Shown here in pieces: positions 38,366 through 52,012 of a stretch of DNA of 63,264 nt (positions are counted from its first letter, which is position 1; each line of letters opens with the position of its first letter). The notes beneath the pieces are model-generated. The model worked only from the letters and a program-made list of their open reading frames with translations, ran no database searches and was not told the DNA's origin. The position numbers and the translations under genes are program-made. This DNA is from Octopus bimaculoides (Eukaryota), in the NCBI RefSeq assembly GCF_001194135.2, contig NC_068985.1:99163434-99226697 (forward strand), written 5' to 3'.

Positions 38366-39019
38366 GCCAATCTCGAGTGCTTAGAATTATTTACAACTTA
38401 AAAAGCCATGAGAGTGCAGTTGAGTCTCTACCTTTTTGACATTAAGCTACAAGAAAATAACAGTCCAAGAACTCTTTTGACATAGGATTATCAATTCATA
38501 CATCTTGATTTCAAATTCATTTCAAACATTTGATTGTTTAATTGTTTACTTGGCAACATATATATTTAACATGTCTCAGTTCGTATAGGTACATGGAATA
38601 AAATTGATTCTGTACGGGATTATTAGCTGAGATAGTGTGGCCTCGTTGAAATTGTTTAGTGTCAAGGAATCCTAATAAATCCTGATCCATGATTTTCTGT
38701 CCAGAACAGTTTCCTCTTTTCGGACATAGGTTGTCTAAGAATAGATTACTTCAGAATATACTACTTCATAAGCCCTTATCCCCCATCCCCGCCAGAAGAA
38801 TCGAAAACGGTAATGTTATAATAATAGTCTTAAGATACATTATTCAGAATGATTGCCATCTCAATGTCATTAGGATTGCATTTCAGTGTGATTCCCACAT
38901 TCACTCACAGAACATATCACCAAAGAGGAAATTCTTGAAAGGAAGGGAAACAAGGAAAGCAGCCATGCTTGGAGGCCCAATAATTATAGAGCTAATCAAT
39001 CTGAGCTGATCTGGAACTA

Positions 39020-39305
39020 AGTAACACTACTCTCATCCATTACAACAGTACTCTGTTACACTATACCACGGCCCACTACCCTACAAAACGCCGCAACTCC
39101 ACACTACATCATACACCTTTATGCTATGCTTCACTCGTCTTCAATTCAATAAATCTAGCTACACTGTATTCATTTATGTTATGTTAGACTGCACTCCATT
39201 ACATAATATTAAATCGTACTGCACTTCGAAGCATTACACTCCACTCCACTACACATCGCCACACTCCAGTACGTTACATCACGTAATATCACACTACATT
39301 GCGTT
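39020..39305 (+). repeat. Cryptic, decayed pentanucleotide array (ACACT/CTACA-like)
   Basis: Recurrent CTACA, CTCCA, TTACA and CTGCA 5-mers in register over ~290 bp. Confidence 0.65.
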
Positions 39306-39478
39306 CCTGTAAAGAAAGATGTAATATCTTTAAGCTGTCACAACGTATTATTCTATACATATATATTTTCCCAATACAAGTAGAAATGTTTACAAGATTA
39401 CAACGATAGCAGCAGCAGCAGCAGCAGCGGCAGAAGTTCTTGTGGTTGTAGTATTAGCTTTTGTTGCTGTACTACTAA

Positions 39479-39512
<34 letters not shown>

Positions 39513-40199
39513 ATACAGAGAAGAAAACGGAGAAGAAAGGAGAATAAGGATAAGAATATTAAGATTAATGAGAAAAGTAAAAAGGGAAAAAATACACTAC
39601 GAGAACGACAGAAACAATAACAACAAACTTAATATCCACAACTAAAAATGCAAAGAAAATAGAAACTAAATACCAAAAGAAAACCAAATGAATATAAGAA
39701 AAGAAAAAAGCAAAAACAAAAAAGAAAGAAAGAAATGGTAATAAAACCCAACGTCTTTAACTCTATCCTCTATAAAACACAAAAAAAAAAATATATGTAA
39801 TAATAAAAATGCAAAACACAAATGAAAACGGAAGCGACATTGAACAAACTCAATAACGCCTATAGTTCAAAACAATATTATACACAAGTCGCCATCATAA
39901 GAATTTAGTTGAGAGCAAGCAGCAGCTGGCCTTTCTGGGTTATGGCCCCTGATCTGCCACTATGTCTGTCATATTGCACTTCTTTCGCATGGCTTCATTA
40001 TTTCAACAGAATTATCTTGCAGCACATCACCAATGATGTTTTTCCCTCTCGTATTCATCTTGTTTTAGTTTTCGGTTTTGTATTTCTGTTTTCTTTCATT
40101 TGTGTTTTTTTTTTGGCGTTTATTCTACGTTCCTTCAACTCTCACTCATTTCTTCTGTGACTTCCACATTTTTTTCTCTTTACCGATCCTTCTGAAGTA

Positions 40200-40246
<47 letters not shown>

Positions 40247-40256
40247 NNNNNNNNNN

Positions 40257-40294
<38 letters not shown>

Positions 40295-40438
40295 CTACCT
40301 ATCTATCTATTTCTCTGTCAGTCTATATATTAGCAATTATTTTCTCACCTGTTTTCCTATTTCACCATTTCGCCATTTACCCCCTCCGCCTTCTCTCTCT
40401 CTCCTGCTTTCACAATTTCTCACGCTTGCTAATTCATA

Positions 40439-40486
40439 CAACATACGCCAACACACACGCCAACACATACGCCAACACTTACGCCA
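40439..40486 (+). repeat. 12-bp tandem repeat AACACATACGCC x4 (imperfect)
   Basis: Direct reading. Confidence 0.85.
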
Positions 40487-41095
40487 CAATAAGTAGGTTT
40501 CGCCCAACGGCGTATATATATATATATATAAAGAAGCTGAACTTCCGTATGTACGTGTATGTTTCTGTGTCTTTGCGTGTACGTGAACGTATACCTCCGC
40601 CTACGTCTCGTGCATATATCTAGGCCTTTATTTTACTTCTCTGTCCTTTTATCCACGTATGCTCGTATGAATACATGCATGTATATGTATGGAATACTAT
40701 TCCCATAATTACTTGTACATGCATACAAATATAATCGCACACATGGAAGAATATACGCATAAAGTCTATATCTATACCTACATGTATGCATGTATAACGG
40801 TGTAATATAATCTTGAATGCCAGCATAAGGGAGAATATGTATTTTACTCGGAGCTCATCTGTACAAATTATTCTTTCAGTCTAACTTGGAATTTCTTCAC
40901 ATTTGACCCGTGGTACCAAAGGACTATAGATTAAATCTGCCGTAACGTAAAAGAAAATCATGTTTTCTTGTCTTTCGTAGTTGTTCTTCATGTTGTTGTG
41001 CTTGTTATAGGTTTTTCTTTAATTTTCTGCTCACCAATTCATTTGCTGGTAAGCCCTTGGCAATGGATTAACGGCTTTTGCAAACATTTTCGTTG

Positions 41096-41164
<69 letters not shown>

Positions 41165-41999
41165 CCAGCTATTTTTTTATACGTATCTTTATTCCTTTTT
41201 CTGTACACACACGCCGACAGACACATTCATACTGCACACACAGACACAGACACAGACACACACACACACCCACACACACACACACACACACACAAATACA
41301 CCCACACTGACACACACATTACTCTATGCTTTATTTATGTAGTCCCTACATTCGTTGCTTTTAGATTAATTCTAGAATACAAGAATAAACGCACATATAC
41401 ATACATACATACATACATACACACAAACATAGAAACACACATATGCATATATGTCCGTACACACACATTCACACACATATATATATAGACCCGTACATCA
41501 CATATTCATGCATACACAAATATATTTCTTACGCTCTTATTGTATTGAAGGCCTCTGACTCCTTTTCTCTGCTTCATCGAAGATTTAGTTTACAGTCGAA
41601 GTAAGCTAATAATTCAATAAGAGGAGCAGAAAATGCAATGAAGCTCAGGCATAAATGCCACAGAAAATATTACAGCTACACAGACGCACCGCAAACATAC
41701 AAACAGGCAGGTATATAATCAAAGCACAATACAACATATATAAGCATCCATCCACCCATCCATCCATCCATCCATCCATCCATCCATCCATCCATCCATC
41801 CATCCATGTATGCGAATCTGTGTGTGTATGTGTGTGTGTATGTGTGTGCATATGTTTTAATGTGCAAAAGAAGAATGCATGAGTTATTTTTAATTTTTGT
41901 CCTTGGAAGAAATAGAATTTGCCTGATCGCTTTCTTCCGAAACGATAATGATAGAGTTAACCACAATCTCTCGGATAGCAGGGTATCTCAATAAACTTG

Positions 42000-42750
42000 C
42001 GCCAGATAGAATACAAAATACGCTGCCCAAATGTCATTCCCGTTCTTTTAACTTTTCGAATGTGAACCTCATCAGTTGATATCTCGTTGGAGACCAGCGG
42101 AGTTCATCACTTGATGATTCAAAATTTTGCATGGATATAGCCATCATTTGTTGACACCCGAGTGTCTATTTCGTGAAATGCGACTAATCCTAAGCGGTCC
42201 TTAACAGCGAGAGAAATGTAGTCGCACATGGAAGGTTATAGAGCAATGATGTAGTGTCTTTCTGATTTATTTCATCATCAGAAGATAATAGTGTTCTAGA
42301 TAACACAAAGGAAAATGATGAGTAAAAGTGTACTGAATTTTCTCTATTTGTACATCTGTTTGACAAGAACAATTTGGGAATCTTAAATGAACTTAGGCTC
42401 ACGCCGAATGTAAAGAATAGTGTGTGTTTTACGGCCCTTTTCGCTCATGTGCTTGTAAGTTCTCTTGTGCGAGAGACTAACAGTTATAGATTTGTACTTA
42501 TTTAAAATGGTAAAAAGATTCCTCTTTTGGTTTTTGGGCTGTTTGGCACATACATTTATGCCACCTTTTTACAGTTTAGCGGCAAATGCTTTGGGACGGC
42601 GTTTGTCTCCAGAGTAGAATACAGCCTTAGTACAGAAAAGATCTACAAAGGACTTTTAGACACTTTGTTGATAATTTGAGTTCTGTAGGAAACTCACTGT
42701 TTTAAATCTGGTACTGGAATTAATCTGACGTCTAATGCGTCTAGAAAGTT
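42000..42750 (-). mobile_element. Possible decayed L1/Tx1-like LINE fragment
   Basis: FLY*GC...SICR*..KGGINV resembles the Tx1 post-RT FLWxGC...ICxxP.KGGL motif; heavily disrupted. Confidence 0.25.
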
Positions 42751-43347
42751 AACTTTGGGGTAATGGGATTAACTACAATCTAATAAATTACAGCGTTCTT
42801 GGAATTGCAGCCACACATTCGACCAAATCAAAGAAATGTAATTTATTTAGAGCTCACCAAAAAGTTTAATATCTTGGCGGAACGCGTCGAGGTTAAAAGC
42901 CGAGTATTAAATCCCGAAATCCTATCTACGTGTAAGTACATGTCTCTGTATAGGGAACTAGATGCAGTAATTCCTCTCTCAAAGTGGCCAACTTCATCTA
43001 GTTATAAATAGTTATCAAATTATCTCATTAAGATAAAAAACATGAAATCCAACGAGAGACACGGAAAATCATGCGTATGATATTTCAGGAAAGGCTTATC
43101 GATGATGCTTGAAGGTAGATTGATTTCTCAGTTAAACTACTTACATATTATAGTTACACTCATTGAGACTTCCTTCAGTACAATGAATATATATATGGAG
43201 TTTATTAGTCAAAATATACACATATAGAGTTGGCGCACTTGGTTATGCTAAGATATGCTTCAGATGAGAACTCTAAGTGAGGACTAGAGAAAAGATCTTA
43301 ACATTTATCTCACGCCAAAAAGATTTCCTGAGTGAGCTTGAGAACTA

Positions 43348-43576
43348 TTGGGTTGTCCGGAAAGTGTGCGCCAATTTTTAAAGGAAAGAAAAAGGTCAAT
43401 AAATACTTGCTATTGCATTTTTGATCAACCAAATATGAACCATTTTGTTGCACAATGCGTCTCCATCTTTCCTTTTACTTGAAAATACCCTCTTCTCAGA
43501 ATTGAGTTGGTTTATATGGCAAATGAGTCGAAAGGCAAGCTGCTATAAATCGGCACGAACTTTCCGGACAACCCAA
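43348..43576 (-). mobile_element. Mariner MITE (internal deletion derivative)
   Basis: TIRs with 18 identical terminal bases TTGGGTTGTCCGGAAAGT; TA on the left; minus strand encodes RWRRIVQQNGSYLVDQ, a mariner C-terminus. Confidence 0.85.
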
Positions 43577-43859
43577 TTAAGTAGGTAAAACATTTAAATT
43601 CTATTAGAATTGGCATAATTGTTCCAACTTAGATTTACTTTTTACCGGAGGAAAGTATTCATTTTATTAAGGAAATAGTATAGAACAATGCAAAATAAGA
43701 GAAAATACATAGCAAAAATGCATGATGTATACATACATATGGTAATACAATCCACAGAAATACACACATACATACAAACACACACACACACATGCAAACA
43801 CACATATATACGTACGTATACACATATGTTACACCAAAGTTGTGCACACATATGCATGA

Positions 43860-43995
43860 AAACACGGGAGCTGCAAACGTTCTTCGCAGGGTTCTTGAAG
43901 CATCACCAGTAAATAAGTTTCATGTTAGTCCGCTGGCTGTGGACAGCTGACACTTTCCATCATACCCAGCAAAATAAGCTGTGAATTTTCCTTGG
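43860..43995 (+). mobile_element. 3' end of a second Dong-like LINE family
   Basis: GAANVLRRVLE matches the GTAxILRxxL C-terminal motif; followed by a UTR and a (TAA)n tail. Confidence 0.55.
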
Positions 43996-44129
<134 letters not shown>

Positions 44130-44817
44130 NNNNNNNNNNNNNNNNNNNNNNNNNNNNNNNNNNNNNNNNNNNNNNNNNNNNNNNNNNNNNNNNNNNNNNN
44201 NNNNNNNNNNNNNNNNNNNNNNNNNNNNNNNNNNNNNNNNNNNNNNNNNNNNNNNNNNNNNNNNNNNNNNNNNNNNNNNNNNNNNNNNNNNNNNNNNNNN
44301 NNNNNNNNNNNNNNNNNNNNNNNNNNNNNNNNNNNNNNNNNNNNNNNNNNNNNNNNNNNNNNNNNNNNNNNNNNNNNNNNNNNNNNNNNNNNNNNNNNNN
44401 NNNNNNNNNNNNNNNNNNNNNNNNNNNNNNNNNNNNNNNNNNNNNNNNNNNNNNNNNNNNNNNNNNNNNNNNNNNNNNNNNNNNNNNNNNNNNNNNNNNN
44501 NNNNNNNNNNNNNNNNNNNNNNNNNNNNNNNNNNNNNNNNNNNNNNNNNNNNNNNNNNNNNNNNNNNNNNNNNNNNNNNNNNNNNNNNNNNNNNNNNNNN
44601 NNNNNNNNNNNNNNNNNNNNNNNNNNNNNNNNNNNNNNNNNNNNNNNNNNNNNNNNNNNNNNNNNNNNNNNNNNNNNNNNNNNNNNNNNNNNNNNNNNNN
44701 NNNNNNNNNNNNNNNNNNNNNNNNNNNNNNNNNNNNNNNNNNNNNNNNNNNNNNNNNNNNNNNNNNNNNNNNNNNNNNNNNNNNNNNNNNNNNNNNNNNN
44801 NNNNNNNNNNNNNNNNN

Positions 44818-45071
44818 ACAGAAACAATTCCTATCATAGTAGGTGCCTTAGGTATAATACAAAAATATTCAGACAAATACATAACAAAAACACCAGGACT
44901 TACAAATATATATAACATACAGAAAATTGCACTACTGGGTACTGCATACATTCTACGCAAAACACATTCAATACAGTAAACATAAGAGCACCACAGCCAA
45001 CCACAGCACATACCCAAGGCGCACAGAGCTGCGCTCGGTAGTGAAGTGAAAGCAGGTTATAAAAATAAAAC
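44818..45071 (+). mobile_element. R4/Dong-like LINE 3' end with (TAA)n tail; 5' part lies in the gap
   Basis: TETIPIIVGALGIIQKY...IQKIALLGTAYILRKTHSIQ*, short 3' UTR, then (AAT)n; (AAT)n also precedes the gap. Confidence 0.85.
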
Positions 45072-45085
45072 TACTGAACAATAAC

Positions 45086-45128
<43 letters not shown>

Positions 45129-45824
45129 GCAGGCGGGACACTTCTCCCAACTGAACGTGGATGCAACAAATGTATCAATTGATCGTTCATGTTGAATTGT
45201 TTTATCTACTTTATTGGACGTTGTTTTCTCTCATTAGAATTAAAGCCATCATAATTACGAATACGTAGAGCTATGAACGGTCATACATCTTTGATGGGAG
45301 AATTTCTCTCAATCCCGACTTAGGATTAAGTGACAATATCACTAATGCACAAAGTAGATCGAAATGAAAACATTAAATATACAGCAAGAAAACAACTGTG
45401 ACATGTTGCATTAATGCAATAAGTAGTTCAGTGGCTATAACAATGAAAATGTTGCAAGGTAACAGTAAAAAATATAATTCCAATGCCAATGTGGAAATTT
45501 TTAATAGGGAGAAGTAAGGCGCTACCAAACACATTTAATAACATACTAAATGGCTGAAACCGGAAAGAACGTCTGACTTGCTCACTTAGAGCAAATCTAT
45601 CTTATGGAGAAAATCCCATTCTCCAATGTTAAAGCAACAACAAACTCTTAGTAAAAGAAAGAAGTCATAAAAGCTTTTCTAAAGGCATACAAAAGGTTAA
45701 TTCCAGCATCTGTCAGTAAATATCTTTAAAAATAACTTATTTCGAGAGAGGTAAAGAAGTGTTGCAAGTTTTATCTGGCAATCCAGTTCAATTACTGAGT
45801 AATAAATTCATTTACGAAGAACAG

Positions 45825-45962
<138 letters not shown>

Positions 45963-46949
45963 TAGGGTTAGGCTATAAGATAGGTTCAATGCAAAAAGAT
46001 TTCTGACAGTGGTTCCATTGCAAAGGAATCTTGGAAATAACCAAGAATATGATAGTAAGGAGATACATTAAACACCACGAGAAAATGTCAAACAATAATG
46101 GTATTATAAAAGAAGGCATTATAAAAGAAAATATATATTTCTGCAATGAAATCAGAAGCGAACAAATGCCATACATGCCAAAAAAAAAAAAAAACACTGA
46201 GAAACAAATTCTATACAAAAATGTATGGAAGAACTTCTGAAATTAGAGATGGTCACTCATTCGTAAAGAATCCCCGAATATGAAAAAAGTTAATGATTGC
46301 TTAAACAAAGCAAACAGTTCGATTCCATCTGAAAACATTTGCTTTCAAGAAGTAGGTAAAAGTAAAAGAGAAAACCTGCAATAACAAGAGAGATCAGAAA
46401 CTTCCGAAAGAATATGAATATCCAAGGAATTGCTACGGACGGTTACTGAGGTTAAATGAACTCCAAAATTAGCCAAGAAGGTATATGGAAAAAAAGAAAA
46501 AAAAAAATGACGAGACTAGGAAATCATAATGTTCCGGAGTTCTGTTTAAAATATTTCATATGTGAACTTAAAAATGTGCTCACATTTATTTTAATAATCG
46601 TTACTTTGTCTGCCTTTGATTATTTAATACCATTTTGTCAAAACTTTGCACTCGATTGCGAATTTATTAATTGCTGTTTACATATAAGGATTGCAGCTCC
46701 TAGTAGTTTATGAATTACGGGTTCGCTTGTTGTAGATAATAAAGCGTAACAACGCAGAAGAACGTGTACCACAGTTCGCTGTCATCACTCATAGCTCAGC
46801 TTGAACTCTGTTTTTGCACACCTTCTCTATAAAGACAACGTTTCTTCAGTGAGAGTCATTCCGCTGAAACTTTTTTTCCAGGCGTCAGTGTATATGAACG
46901 CAAGTTTACTAATAATCATATTTATTATTATGTTAGTGGAAGCAGCACA

Positions 46950-47500
46950 TAACAGGCATACTGATAAAAACGACTTAATCCACAAGGCACAAGAAATAGC
47001 AGACATACCTAAACCCGATCTTCTATAACTTAATAAAATAAAGATAAAAAAAAAAAAAATTGCAGTGTTTAAGCAAATATCTGAAAACCCCCAGCTAATT
47101 TCCAGAACAGACGGATTTCTTCAAAGGATCATGTAGTTCTAAAGATCAATTATTGATTAACAAAACCTTAAGGGAGGACTGTACAAGACAGAGGACAAGT
47201 CTTGTACAGCCTGAAAATGGCATATATTGATTTCCTGAAGGCTTTTGTTAATGTTTTTCACACATGGATCCTCTATGCAAAGTAGCATCAATAATAAGAT
47301 ACGTTAAACATGTCTTATGTAAGAGGCAAGCATTTCTCCATATACTGATCAAACAGACGTATAAAATATCCATTTCTGTATTAAACGAAGTATATTCCAA
47401 GGGAACATCATCACTCCACACGCATTTTTTTTACCTGCTGTTAACAACTTTTTACTCACATGTTACAACATACAAAACGTGGATATAAACGGTACGGTAG
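46950..47500 (+). mobile_element. Decayed LINE RT fragment (CR1/L2/jockey-like)
   Basis: IDFLKAF resembles LDFSKAFD, and VYSKGTSSL..FFYLLLT resembles GVPQGSVL.P.LF. Confidence 0.35.
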
Positions 47501-47890
47501 GATAAATAACCTTCTTATCTCTAAGGATAGCTTGACGTTATTAACAAATGAACAGAAGTACTGCTACAATATTACACGGATCTACAAAATGTATTTGATT
47601 AGCAAATAGCATCCGAATATAGAAAATATACATTGTATTAATTCAAGAAACGGACACTTTCAAATAGTTCACCGATAAAGAAGTAGCCAGAGTAAAGCAC
47701 AAACATATAATGTTACCGACAAAATAGAACAGACGTGTCATATTAATATAGGAACAAACGAAAAAGTAAAATTGTCGCAGTTATACACTATAAGATTGTG
47801 ATTCGCTTGCTAAATGAAATATCGAGGATAACTGGAGACATTAAAAAAAATGGACCCATTTTGAATCCATCCTCGAAAATATGATTTGTG

Positions 47891-48032
47891 ATGGGCTGTG
47901 TGGTAAGAAGCTTGCTTCTCAACAACGTGGTTCTGGGTTCAGTTCCACCACGTGGTGCCTTGGGCAAGTGTCTTCTACTATAGCCTCGGGTGGAATAAGG
48001 CCTATATATATATATGTGTGTGTATGTGTGTG

Positions 48033-48069
<37 letters not shown>

Positions 48070-48568
48070 NNNNNNNNNNNNNNNNNNNNNNNNNNNNNNN
48101 NNNNNNNNNNNNNNNNNNNNNNNNNNNNNNNNNNNNNNNNNNNNNNNNNNNNNNNNNNNNNNNNNNNNNNNNNNNNNNNNNNNNNNNNNNNNNNNNNNNN
48201 NNNNNNNNNNNNNNNNNNNNNNNNNNNNNNNNNNNNNNNNNNNNNNNNNNNNNNNNNNNNNNNNNNNNNNNNNNNNNNNNNNNNNNNNNNNNNNNNNNNN
48301 NNNNNNNNNNNNNNNNNNNNNNNNNNNNTATATATATATATAGATGTATGTATATATAGGTATTATGTAGTTGTGTGCCTGTTTGTCCCCCACCATCGCT
48401 TGATAACCGATGCTGGTGTATTTATGTTCCAGTATTCTAGCGGTTCGGCAACAAGTGACCGATAGAATAAGTACTGGGTTACAAAAGATAAGTCCTGGGA
48501 TAGATTTGTTCGACTAAAGGTGGTGCTCCAGCATGGCGACTGTCAAAAGATTAAAGTAAGTAAAAGTA
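47891..48568 (+). mobile_element. SINE family B with expanded internal microsatellite and assembly gap
   Basis: Head at 47891, (TA/TG)n plus Ns in the middle, second half 48375-48568. Confidence 0.8.
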
Positions 48569-48582
48569 CTCATAAAAGGTCG

Positions 48583-48946
48583 TGGTACGCCGTCGGTTTC
48601 GACGACGAGGGTTCAAGTTGAACCGATCAACGGAACAGCCTGTTCGTGAAATTAACGTGTAAGTGGCTGAGCACTCCACAGACACGTCTACACATAACGT
48701 AGTTCTCGGGGAGATCCAGTGTGAGACAAGGCTGTCCCTTTGAAATACAGTCTACAACAGAAATAGGAAGAGTGAGAGAATGTTGTAATGAAAGAGTACA
48801 GTAGGGTTCACCACCTCCCCCTTCCGGAGCCTCGTGGAGCTTTAGATGTTTTCGCTCAATAAACACTCACCACGTCCGGTATAGGAATCGAAACTGCGAT
48901 CCGACGACCGCGTGTCTGCTGCCCTAACCACTGGGCTATTGTGCCT
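48583..48946 (-). mobile_element. SINE family C
   Basis: Homologous to 26989-27333. Confidence 0.88.
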
Positions 48947-49099
48947 GTACAGTTAAAACAAAAAGTATAAAAGTATAGAATGCATACAGGAAAGAAGGTG
49001 TCGTCTGCAAATAGAAAGCCATTATAACATATCCACCGTTGATCAACAAAAATGTCTGGTAATGAATATGTCTGCTAATTATTGTACATGATCAGTAAT

Positions 49100-49300
49100 T
49101 TCGAGGGGAGGGGAGCAGGATCATTATACCGATCCCAGTACTTGACTAGTACCTATTTTATTGACCCTGAAAGGAAAAAAAAAAAAGGAAAAGTCGACCA
49201 TAGACGAATTTGAACTCAGTCCACAAGTAGCCCGAAAAATTTAAAAAATGCCACTAAACACTTTCACCGACGTTTTAACGACTCTGCCAGTATGCTGCCT
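49100..49300 (-). mobile_element. SINE family A, diverged
   Basis: Homologous core TTGACCCTGAAAGG...GAATTTGAACTCAG. Confidence 0.65.
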
Positions 49301-49729
49301 TAATCTCGGAAAGAATAGCAGAAAACCGATATAAATTGCTACAAAACACGAATAGAAAAAAAAATAATAATGTCAGTATCTAAAAACAAGCGTTTTCTGT
49401 CTTCATTGAATTCAATAAATATAAAACTGGCTGAAATAACAGAAAGTTGTGAGGACAAAAAGGGAAATACATTCCTTAATGTCGTAAATTTATTTACTCA
49501 CAAACTGTTTAATTGCTAGCATCACGCATCGAGAAGCGAAAACTGAATATCCTGAAGTATGCAAAAAAAATTGGCATTCTACAATTGTCTTTACAATATT
49601 GCAAAACTAAGATATTTAATATCTTAAAGTGAAATGAAAGCCAGTTTGGAATTCAAATATGAAGACAATAGGTGTTTGATTAGGAAAAATTTTGAGCTTT
49701 CATGATAACGAAACAAGAACAACAATAAT

Positions 49730-49731
49730 GC

Positions 49732-49798
<67 letters not shown>

Positions 49799-49803
49799 AC
49801 AAC

Positions 49804-49874
<71 letters not shown>

Positions 49875-49880
49875 TAATAG
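49730..49880 (+). repeat. Compound (TAG)n-(AAC)-(AAT)n microsatellite
   Basis: Direct reading. Confidence 0.95.
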
Positions 49881-50469
49881 AACAGAAATGGAAGCAGTAA
49901 CAGCAGCTACAACACTAGCAGCTGCAGCAATAAACAACTACAATGGAATCATTACTAGTAGTAACATCGCAAAATATGCTTACCGCCGCCATCACTTCTA
50001 ACATTTGCCAGAGCAATGTCAAATGGAACATCAACAAACAGGAACAATAAACAAGAAGGAGAAAAGAAAAATGTAAATAAATAAACGAAGAAGATATGAA
50101 GTAAACTACAAAGGAAGACATTTTTCTGAATGGAAAGTTATAAACTATTTCTTATTTTGTTATAATTAGATCTTATTCTTTACTTTCATAAAACTTTTCT
50201 TCTTTTGCATTGAAGAGTTCTTATTTTGAAGGCGGCGAGGTTATGTTGATGTTGTTGATGTTGTTATTCTTGAGTTGGTAAAGTGTAAGATGGTGACAGT
50301 TGTGGAAGTAGTTTTCCGGTTTGTGATTTAATGAAGTACAATACCATGCCATTATCGCTGAAACCACACAAGCGTCGTCAGCAATAAACAGTTGTCGATA
50401 ATAGCGATGGAATGCAACAGCGACAACAGAATGAAGAGGAAAGCAACACTGACGACAACGACTGTACGG

Positions 50470-50496
50470 CTATCGTCGATGTGGTCGTTGTTGTTA

Positions 50497-50538
<42 letters not shown>

Positions 50539-50800
50539 TCATCATCAACCTCATCGTCGTCGTCGTCGTCGTCATTATCAATTACATCGTCCTTCAAAGT
50601 GATTTTAACAGCCACAGAAGTAGAAACGCTAACCTCATTGGCAACAATAAGACTCTTAGCCTCAGTAATTGCAGTAGCAACAACTAAATGGAAAACAACA
50701 TCATCATCAGCATAAAAAGCAGCATCGGCAATAACAACAACAACAACAACAACACCAACAACAACAACAACAACTACTACTACTACTACAATTATTATTA
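50470..50800 (+). repeat. (GTC/ATC)n then (AAC/TAC)n degenerate trinucleotide arrays
   Basis: Direct reading. Confidence 0.85.
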
Positions 50801-51114
50801 TTGTTCAGTAGTTTTATTTTTATAGCGTGCTTTCACTTCACTACCGAGCGCAGCTCTGTGCGCCTTGGGTACGTGCTGTTGGTTTGCTGTGGTGCTCTTA
50901 TGTTTACTGTATTGAAAGTGTTTTGCGTAGAATGTGTGCAGTACCCAGTAGTGCAATTTTCTGTATGTTATATATATTTGTAAGTCCTGGTGTTTTTGTT
51001 ATGTATTTGTCTGAATATTTTTTTATTATACCTAAGGCACCTACTATGATAGGAATTGTTTCTGTTTTTAGATTCCACATTCGAGTTAACTCTATTTCCA
51101 GGTCTTTGTATTTT

Positions 51115-51115
<1 letters not shown>
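50800..51115 (-). mobile_element. R4/Dong-like LINE 5'-truncated copy flanked by (TAA)n
   Basis: Near-identical to 44818-45071 in reverse; extends to KYKDLEIELTRMWNLKTETIPIIVGALG; (ATT)n on both sides. Confidence 0.88.
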
Positions 51116-51188
<73 letters not shown>

Positions 51189-51414
51189 GTTGTTGTTGTT
51201 ATTATTATTATTGCTATTATTATTATTTACTTTTAATCTGCGTGTTTGTTACAATCACTTGCCGAGACACATCCAGCGTCTTACAGCGTGTGAAGGCTAA
51301 ACGATGTTATAGTATGACTGAAAGCTTGGGGAGGGGAAGTGGCAGGGACAGTAGCGAAATATCTTCATGTAATGCATTTTCTAAATGTGTTTCTACTACA
51401 GATATAAGTAAGTC

Positions 51415-51545
51415 CTGAAATTTGCGAGGTGTGGTGGCTAGTCGATTACATCGATCCTATTGCTCAACTGGTACTTATTTTATCGACCCTGAAAAGACAA
51501 AAGGTAAAATCGGCCTTGACGAAATTTGAACTCAGGATGTGAAGC
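51415..51545 (-). mobile_element. SINE family A, partial
   Basis: GTCGATTACATCGA...GGTACTTATTTTATCGACCCTGAAAAG...TTGAACTCAG. Confidence 0.7.
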
Positions 51546-51800
51546 TAGGGCAAATACCACCATATGTTTTTGTGTAAGCGATGTTACCAGCTGCCGGTTT
51601 CTTTTCTACGTCTTCTGATACTGTTGGAGGAAATGTGGTAAATCTGACTGCAATGCTTGGAACATAACGAACTACACTAAAGTCATCCAAGTACAAGGTC
51701 ATAGTGTCACACAAAGTGGACAAATTGACTAATACTCAAATATGCCTCGGTGGGATTTGATATCGGAACGGAAAGAGTCGGCAGAATGAAAGTAAAATAG

Positions 51801-52012
51801 CGACGAGCTGGCAGAAATGCTTAGTGGTATTTCATCTGCCGTCACGTTCTGAGTTCAAATTCCGCCGAGGTCGACTTTGCCTTTCATCCTTTAGGGGTCG
51901 ATACATTAGGTACTAGTTACGCACTGGGGTCGATGTAATCGACCTAATCCCTTTGTCTGTCCTTGTTTGTCCCCTCTATGTTTAGCTCCTTGTGGGCAAT
52001 AAAGAAATAAGA
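51801..52012 (+). mobile_element. SINE family A, long-tail variant
   Basis: Matches 12692-12929 in reverse. Confidence 0.9.

Noticed and set aside
42040-42080. Minus-strand CTGATGAG...CGAAA
   Set aside because: Stem II is only about 1 bp and there is no stem I complement; likely chance.
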